A DNA stretch of 64,000 nt from Nitrospirota bacterium (GTDB taxonomy: Bacteria > Nitrospirota > UBA9217). The stretch lies in the NCBI GenBank assembly GCA_963751455.1, contig CAVVUN010000009.1, positions 32,001 through 96,000 on the forward strand, written 5' to 3'. The position numbers and the translations under genes are program-made. Under the pieces are notes generated by a model, which saw only the letters and a program-made list of their open reading frames with translations, did not search any database and had not been told where the DNA came from. Below are positions 58,224 through 64,000 of this stretch, piece by piece (the first letter of the stretch is position 1; each line of letters opens with the position of its first letter).

Positions 58224-59523
58224 AAAGCTGCGGTCCGGCTATACAACCGGCGCGTGTGCTGCTGCTGCGGCAAAGGCGGCGACAGTACTGCTAATGCGGA
58301 GCGCGGAGTGCGGGGACTTGCACCCAGTGCTAACGAGTGCGAATGCGCGAGTGCAGGGTGTGCGTAGTGAAGAGGAAATCCAGGAGGTATCAATTCCTTT
58401 TCCTGATGGGAGCAGAGTACAATTTGCTGTTCGTAACTCCTCACTCCGAACTCATAACTCCGAACTGATTTCATCGGCCTCAGTGATTAAAGACGCTGGA
58501 GATGATCCGGATGTGACGCATGGTGCGGAGATTATAGCTACAGTCCGGTTTGTGGAGTCGGGACTAAAAAATGAAGAATGTCCGCAAATCGTAATAAAAG
58601 GCGGTAAAGGTGTCGGCAGGGTAACCAAGCCCGGCCTGGCAATCCCAGTTGGCGAACCGGCGATCAATCCCGTGCCGAGGAAGATGATCCGGGAAGCAGT
58701 GATGGAAGCAATAACGGAATCCGTAAATCAACCCATCCCCCTCCCAACCTCCCCCTTGAAAGGGGAGGAACTCAATAAATTCCCTCCCCTTCAAGGGGAG
58801 GGTAAGGGTGGGGATGGGTTGGCTGCCACTCCGCACTTGGAAGTCACCATCTCCGTGCCTGCGGGTGAGGAACTAGCAAAAAAGACACTGAACCATCGCC
58901 TCGGCATTGTCGGGGGAATATCGATCCTCGGCACTACCGGTATCGTCCGTCCCGTATCCAGGGAAGCATATACGGCAACCATTACCGCGGGGATGGATGT
59001 CGCAAAGGCCATGGGTCATAGTGTCGTGGTCCTTTCGTCTGGGAGGACTTCCGAGAAAGCGCACATGAAGAAGTTTGCTTTTCCTGACGAATCCTATGTT
59101 ATGATGGGTGACTATCTCGAATTTTCGCTCATTGACGCGAAGAACCACGGCTTTAGCTCTATCCATCTGTGCGCGCAATGGGCAAAGATGATAAAGACGG
59201 CAATGTCCACACCCCAGACTCATGTCCGGCACGGAGCGATTGAGGCGACGAATGCGGCTGCTTTTCTGAGGTTCCTTGGCGTGGATGTGCCGCCGGCAAA
59301 AGAGTTCAATACGGCCCGGGAAATCTTTGATTACATAAACGCCGCATCATCCAAGCCGCTTGCGCCCAGCGTTGACGAGTGCTTGCGCGAGTGCAGGGTG
59401 CATACCGCGCTTGCCGCGGTTTGCGCAGCGGCAAAACAATACGCTGAGCGGATCACATCAGGCATCCCGGTCATCGTTCATCTCGTGTCTTATGAGGGAA
59501 AAATCATTGCAGCCAGCGAATAA
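58207..59523 (+). CDS. cbiD: Cobalt-precorrin-5B C1-methyltransferase with four in-frame repeat insertions
   Basis: LRSGYTTGACAAAA, KDAGDDPDVTHG, AINPVPR, GGISILGTTGIV. Confidence 0.95.
   Translation: MALKNKKLRSGYTTGACAAAAAKAATVLLMRSAECGDLHPVLTSANARVQGVRSEEEIQEVSIPFPDGSRVQFAVRNSSLRTHNSELISSASVIKDAGDDPDVTHGAEIIATVRFVESGLKNEECPQIVIKGGKGVGRVTKPGLAIPVGEPAINPVPRKMIREAVMEAITESVNQPIPLPTSPLKGEELNKFPPLQGEGKGGDGLAATPHLEVTISVPAGEELAKKTLNHRLGIVGGISILGTTGIVRPVSREAYTATITAGMDVAKAMGHSVVVLSSGRTSEKAHMKKFAFPDESYVMMGDYLEFSLIDAKNHGFSSIHLCAQWAKMIKTAMSTPQTHVRHGAIEATNAAAFLRFLGVDVPPAKEFNTAREIFDYINAASSKPLAPSVDECLRECRVHTALAAVCAAAKQYAERITSGIPVIVHLVSYEGKIIAASE
58730..58820. repeat. In-frame double-hairpin palindrome in cbiD
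   Basis: aacccatcccc..cctccccttgaaaggggagg..ctccccttcaaggggag..ggggatgggtt, encoding PIPLPTSPLKGEE..PPLQGEGKGGDG. Confidence 0.85.
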
Positions 59524-60841
59524 ACTTTCTGTGATAGGCATCGGGTACCGGCCGCTCTGTAAGCGCGCGCAAGAGCTTCTTCTCGGCGCCGAGGTCATTC
59601 TTGCTTCAACACGGCTGCTTGATGTGTTTACCCGTTATGCTGAATATGAAGCCGTTAAACACCGGATCAAGGTCATAAACAAGGTGCCTGATACGATCGA
59701 GTTTATTAAAGAACGCTTTTCTCATTCAGGATCGCAACCCGTAGCTCTCCTCGCGTCCGGAGACCCGCTGTTCTTCGGCATTGGAAGGAAGATACGGGAA
59801 GAGTTCGGGAAGGAAGCGGTTGAGATCCTGCCGGATCTCTCGAGCGTTCAGGAGGCGTTTGCCCGGATTTATGAACCCTGGGATGATGCATTTTTCATAA
59901 GCCTGCACGGCGGCCCGGACATCTCGAAGAGACGCAAGCTGCCCTATGAGGCCGCGGACATCCCCGGGCTGCTCCAGCGATACGGCAAGCTTGGAATACT
60001 TACCGATTCGGAAAACAATCCGGTTCTTATAGCAAAGGTTCTCGAATCTGCAATTCACAGTCCGCAATCCGCAATTGTGATGTCCGTCTGCGAAAGGCTC
60101 GGCTATCCGGATGAAAAGATCACCCAAGGGACTCCTGAAGAGATCGCGGCTAAATCTTTTTCAGACCCAAATGTGGTTATAGCGCAGGAGTCAGGAGTCA
60201 CCCTGCACTCGCGCAAGCACTCGTCAACGCTGGGTGCAGGCAGGAGTTACCCTGCGCTCGCGCAGGAGACAGGAATTATATTCGGATTGCGGGAAGATGA
60301 GATCGATCATGATCGCGGGCTGATCACCAAAGACGAGGTGAGGGCAGTCACGCTTCATAAACTTTACCTTCCGGAACATGGAGTTCTCTGGGACATCGGG
60401 GCGGGATCAGGCTCCGTATCGCTCGAGGCGGCGCGTCTTTGTCCTGGAATGCAGATCTTTGCCATAGAAAAAGAACAGCATCGGATCGATACAATAAATG
60501 CAAATTTGCAGAAGTTCGGCATTCGGAATGTATCAATCATCCAGGGAAGTGCGCCTGATGTTCTTCAGAACATTCCTGCTCCGGATCGCGTTTTCATCGG
60601 CGGGAGCGGCGGAAGTCTCGATTCCATCATAGATCTGGTGAAAGAGAAAATGCATGAAGGTATTGTTGTTATAAACGCAGTAACCCTCGATACACTCAAT
60701 AAGGCGGTCCCGGCCCTGGAAAAGGCCGGGTTCTCAGTGGATGTTACGGAGATATCCGTATCGAGATCAAGGACAGTGGCAGGCAAGCGGCATATGAGCG
60801 CGTTAAACCCTGTGTTTATCGTGAAGGGCAAACGGAGTTAA
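59492..60841 (+). CDS. cbiET: CbiE/CbiT fusion methyltransferase
   Basis: VIGIG, ASGDPLFFGIG, SLHG, CERLG, ITKDEVR, WDIGAGSGS, FIGGSGG; start is 59492 or 59507. Confidence 0.94.
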   Translation: MREKSLQPANKLSVIGIGYRPLCKRAQELLLGAEVILASTRLLDVFTRYAEYEAVKHRIKVINKVPDTIEFIKERFSHSGSQPVALLASGDPLFFGIGRKIREEFGKEAVEILPDLSSVQEAFARIYEPWDDAFFISLHGGPDISKRRKLPYEAADIPGLLQRYGKLGILTDSENNPVLIAKVLESAIHSPQSAIVMSVCERLGYPDEKITQGTPEEIAAKSFSDPNVVIAQESGVTLHSRKHSSTLGAGRSYPALAQETGIIFGLREDEIDHDRGLITKDEVRAVTLHKLYLPEHGVLWDIGAGSGSVSLEAARLCPGMQIFAIEKEQHRIDTINANLQKFGIRNVSIIQGSAPDVLQNIPAPDRVFIGGSGGSLDSIIDLVKEKMHEGIVVINAVTLDTLNKAVPALEKAGFSVDVTEISVSRSRTVAGKRHMSALNPVFIVKGKRS

Positions 60842-60846
60842 AATAT

Positions 60847-61650
60847 ATGGATGGAAAACTCTACGTTATTGGAATAGGGCCCGGCGATCCCGAACTCATG
60901 ACGGTAAAGGCAGTAAGACTGCTGAAGCAAGCGCCGTGCATCTTTGTTCCTAAAGGACGCGAAGAAGGGAGCAGTCTCGCGCTCTCGATCGTCCAGAAAG
61001 CTATTGCACTCGACGGCAAAGAGATTGTCGAGGCGTACTTCCCGATGATGAAAACCGCCCCTCACGCCCCGCACTCGCGCTCCGCACTCGTAACGCCGGG
61101 TGCAAGCCCCGGCCCTCTCCCAGGAGGGAGGGAGATGTCGACGCGAAGTGCGGACGCGAACGAACTCAATGCCAGCTGGAACGAAACGGTCGAGGCTGTT
61201 CTCAACAGGCTGGACAGGGGCATCGATGTCGCGTTCATTACGATCGGAGATCCGGGAATATACAGCACGTTTTTCTATCTCTATGACCGACTGCTCGAGC
61301 AAAAGCCCTCACTTGCAGTTGAGATTATCCCAGGGATATCGTCGATCAATGCTGCAGCTGCACGGGCAGGGTTGTACCTGGGGCTCGGCAACGACCGGAT
61401 TGCCATACTTCCGGCGAATTACCTGGACAGCCTCCAGGAGACCCTGGAGAAGTTCGATACCGTGGTTTTGATGAAGGTGAACAAGGTGTTCGATACGGTT
61501 AAGGACATGCTTGTGAAGATGAACCTGGTGGAGAACGCCGTTTATGTTGCCCGTACCGGGATGGATGACGAGCGGGTGTGTAACGATATCCGGAAGGTGA
61601 CGCAGGAAGAATTGAACTATTTCTCTCTGGTTATAGTGAGGAAGCGATGA
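60847..61650 (+). CDS. cbiL: Cobalt-precorrin-2 C20-methyltransferase
   Basis: GIGPGDPELMTVKA, FPM, IGDPGIYSTF, IPGISS, VLMK, YFSL. Confidence 0.94.
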   Translation: MDGKLYVIGIGPGDPELMTVKAVRLLKQAPCIFVPKGREEGSSLALSIVQKAIALDGKEIVEAYFPMMKTAPHAPHSRSALVTPGASPGPLPGGREMSTRSADANELNASWNETVEAVLNRLDRGIDVAFITIGDPGIYSTFFYLYDRLLEQKPSLAVEIIPGISSINAAAARAGLYLGLGNDRIAILPANYLDSLQETLEKFDTVVLMKVNKVFDTVKDMLVKMNLVENAVYVARTGMDDERVCNDIRKVTQEELNYFSLVIVRKR

Positions 61651-62405
61651 AAGCAAAGGTCATATTCATAGGCGCAGGACCCGGAGACCCGGAATTGATA
61701 ACCGTGAAAGGCAGAAAGCTTCTCGATTCTGCTGACGTTGTGATCTATGCGGGAAGTCTCGTGAATCCCGCGCTGCTGAACGGCATCAAGGCCAGGATCT
61801 TTGATTCAGCTCACATGGACCTGGACGAGATCGTCGCAATAATGAAAAAAACTGCGGAAGACAACAGGATGCTCGTGCGTCTTCACACTGGGGATACCTC
61901 GTTCTACAGTGCAATTTCCGAGCAGATAGAACGGCTCCGCGAACTCGATATTCCGTACGAGGTCGTACCCGGAGTATCATCAGCCATGGCCGGGGCGGCC
62001 ATACTCGGCCAGGAACTGACAATTCCCGAGATCAGCCAGACCGTGATCTTTACCAGGATGGAAGGGCGAACCCCGGTGCCGGCTTCCGAACGACTCGGTT
62101 CACTCGCTTTTCATCGTGCTACCATGGCGATCTTCCTGAGCGTCGGCATGATTGAAAAGGTCCGTGATGAACTGCTCCAGGGCTATCCAGAAAATACGCC
62201 CGTTGTGATCATCGAGAAGGCAACATGGCCCGATCAGAAGGTCATACGGGGAACATTAAAGGAAATTGTGTCCCTGGTTACGAACGCAGGCATCATGAAG
62301 ACGGCGCTTATCTACGTGGGTGAATCCCTTCGAGCATCGGAAAAATCCATGGGAAAAGAATCGAAGCTTTATCATAAGGATTTTAAACATGGATATCGGG
62401 AATGA
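61647..62405 (+). CDS. cbiF: Cobalt-precorrin-4 C11-methyltransferase
   Basis: GAGPGDPELITVKG, YAGSLV, RLHTGD, ELTIPEISQT, SKLY..F.H.YR. Confidence 0.96.
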   Translation: MKAKVIFIGAGPGDPELITVKGRKLLDSADVVIYAGSLVNPALLNGIKARIFDSAHMDLDEIVAIMKKTAEDNRMLVRLHTGDTSFYSAISEQIERLRELDIPYEVVPGVSSAMAGAAILGQELTIPEISQTVIFTRMEGRTPVPASERLGSLAFHRATMAIFLSVGMIEKVRDELLQGYPENTPVVIIEKATWPDQKVIRGTLKEIVSLVTNAGIMKTALIYVGESLRASEKSMGKESKLYHKDFKHGYRE

Positions 62406-62453
62406 CGTGGTATGGAGCGAGCCAAACGCGTTGGCGTGTAAAATCACGGCGAC

Positions 62454-63515
62454 ATGGTCGTCTTGATCCAAAAAAGAATGAAAAAATCTGCGATCCTGTA
62501 TATAACTGAGAACGGCCGGACGTTGGCAGAGCGCCTGAAGGATCTGTACTCTGATGCCGACATTATAAAGTTTGTCCCCGGTGTTGTCATGGATTTGTGG
62601 GGCAAGTATGAACGCTTTGTGTTCATTATGGCGGCGGGCATTGTTGTCCGGACCATAGCTCCGCTGCTTAAGGATAAGAGGTCGGATCCCTCGGTAGTAG
62701 TGCTGGACGAACAGGGAAAATTCGCGATTAGCCTCGTGAGCGGGCACCTGGGCGGAGCGAACGAGCTGGCAAAGGAGATTGCCGGTTTCCTTGGAGGTGA
62801 AGCAGTCATTACGACGGCGTCAGATGTAAACGAGTTGCCGCCGGTAGACCTCTGGGCCAGGGACAACAACCTTATCATTGAGAACTGGGAGGCGCTTCCG
62901 CAGGTCGGTACGCGTTATGTGAATAACGGAGGTTTAAGGGTCTATAGCGATGTCCCTCTGAAATTTCCCGACCAATTTCTCAGAGTTGCGGATCCCCGGT
63001 TCGCTGATGTTATCATTACAGCGCGGCTCGACGTATACGCCGGCGCCCCGAGATGCACGATAACAGGAGAAGGATGCTCCACCGGTTCATGCCGGGTGAA
63101 GGGACAAATCTATCTGCGGCCTGTTAATCTTGTCCTCGGAATCGGCTGCAACAGCGGCACGTCCGGGGATGAGATTCGGAATGCCGTGCACCGCGTGCTT
63201 GCAGAACATAATCTCGCCTTTGCCTCCGTTCACTCCGTTTCGACCATTGAGATCAAAGGCAGTGAGCCGGGACTCAAAATGTTTATTCAGGAAAATGACT
63301 TTTCTCTGCGTACTTTCAGCATCCACGAGCTGAACAGTGTGGAAGGGATAGAAAAATCGGAAGCAGTGTTCAAGGCCACCGGAGCCTACGCTGTTGCAGA
63401 ACCGGCGGCAATGCTTGCCGCAGGAACGGACAGTGTGCTCGTGCCGAAACAAAAAAAGGGAAACGTGACAGTGGCAGTTGCGGAAATACATAATGTGGAA
63501 GCGAGTGAAGAATGA
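62454..63515 (+). CDS. cbiG: Cobalt-precorrin-5A hydrolase
   Basis: MAAGIVVRTIAP..DK.SDP, SGHLGGAN, ITTASD, LGIGC, VAEPAA; start may be 62478. Confidence 0.94.
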   Translation: MVVLIQKRMKKSAILYITENGRTLAERLKDLYSDADIIKFVPGVVMDLWGKYERFVFIMAAGIVVRTIAPLLKDKRSDPSVVVLDEQGKFAISLVSGHLGGANELAKEIAGFLGGEAVITTASDVNELPPVDLWARDNNLIIENWEALPQVGTRYVNNGGLRVYSDVPLKFPDQFLRVADPRFADVIITARLDVYAGAPRCTITGEGCSTGSCRVKGQIYLRPVNLVLGIGCNSGTSGDEIRNAVHRVLAEHNLAFASVHSVSTIEIKGSEPGLKMFIQENDFSLRTFSIHELNSVEGIEKSEAVFKATGAYAVAEPAAMLAAGTDSVLVPKQKKGNVTVAVAEIHNVEASEE

Positions 63516-64000
63516 AAATACAAAATTCATCGGCCAAAGGTACTGTATACATCGTCGGCACCGGGCCGGGAAGTCTTGACCATATTACGCCCGCAGCCCG
63601 AAAGGCGATCAGCAAATCGGATGTTATTGTCGGGTACGGGACCTATCTCGACCTGATTCGTGAGCTTCTGCAGGACAAGGAGGTCCTCTCCACGGGAATG
63701 ACCCAGGAGGTAGACCGGTGTCGCAAAGCAGTCGAGCTTGCACAAGGGGGCAAGACAGTTGCAGTCATCAGCGGCGGTGACCCGGGAGTCTACGCCATGG
63801 CGGGGCTCGTATTTGAGATTCTCAGGAGTCAGGAGTCAGGAGACACCCATCACTCGCGCGAGCACTCGTCAACGCTGGGCGCAGACAGGAGTCAGGAGTC
63901 AGTAGGGAAAAACTTCACACTCCGCCCGCGCCCAGCGACTGCGAGTTCTTGCGCGAGCGCAGGGTGCAATCGGCAATTGCCTCTCGTCGAAGTTATTCCC
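63512..64000 (+). CDS. cbiH: Cobalt-precorrin-3 C17-methyltransferase, 3'-partial
   Basis: VGTGPG, VGYGTY, GMTQEVDR, SGGDPGVYAMAG, then a ~50-aa repeat-derived insert before VEVIP; not in the ORF track because it runs off the window end. Confidence 0.93.
   Translation, partial: MKIQNSSAKGTVYIVGTGPGSLDHITPAARKAISKSDVIVGYGTYLDLIRELLQDKEVLSTGMTQEVDRCRKAVELAQGGKTVAVISGGDPGVYAMAGLVFEILRSQESGDTHHSREHSSTLGADRSQESVGKNFTLRPRPATASSCASAGCNRQLPLVEVIP

Noticed and set aside
59360-59491. Extended cbiET N-terminus from the ORF track
   Set aside because: It starts inside the 43-bp repeat within cbiD; recognisable homology begins near 59507

Overview
About 64 kb of bacterial chromosome; gene content suggests an anaerobic Nitrospirota/Desulfobacterota-type organism (inference). 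Left arm (1-14 kb): usp, kup, csp, a receiver protein, rmuC, nadA, era, dedA, an OmcE-like tetraheme cytochrome, and a divergent HD-GYP / heme-c diguanylate cyclase pair. Middle (14-44 kb): a PatA/G-like subtilase and an envelope locus (M15 peptidase, an uncharacterised ~1800 aa secreted protein, thioester alpha-2-macroglobulin, TPR-YARHG protein, PBP1C, NfeD, flotillin). This is followed by toxin-antitoxin modules, an IS630 inside an IS200 tnpA, and a second pbpC broken by a stop codon, a 169-bp mobile palindrome and an antisense group II intron. Right arm (44-64 kb): recO, two tandem cobalamin riboswitches and an anaerobic cobamide operon (cobT, bzaF, cbiP, cbiB, cobD, cbiA, cbiX-cbiC, cbiMNQO, cobO, cbiD, cbiET, cbiL, cbiF, cbiG, cbiH). 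The most unusual signal is a hierarchy of very small repeats that insert into one another and in frame into conserved enzymes. These are a ~43-bp element in about 10 copies, heptamer arrays, 8-10-mer-armed palindromes and REP/RPE-like hairpins. All calls are by eye; no database searches were run.
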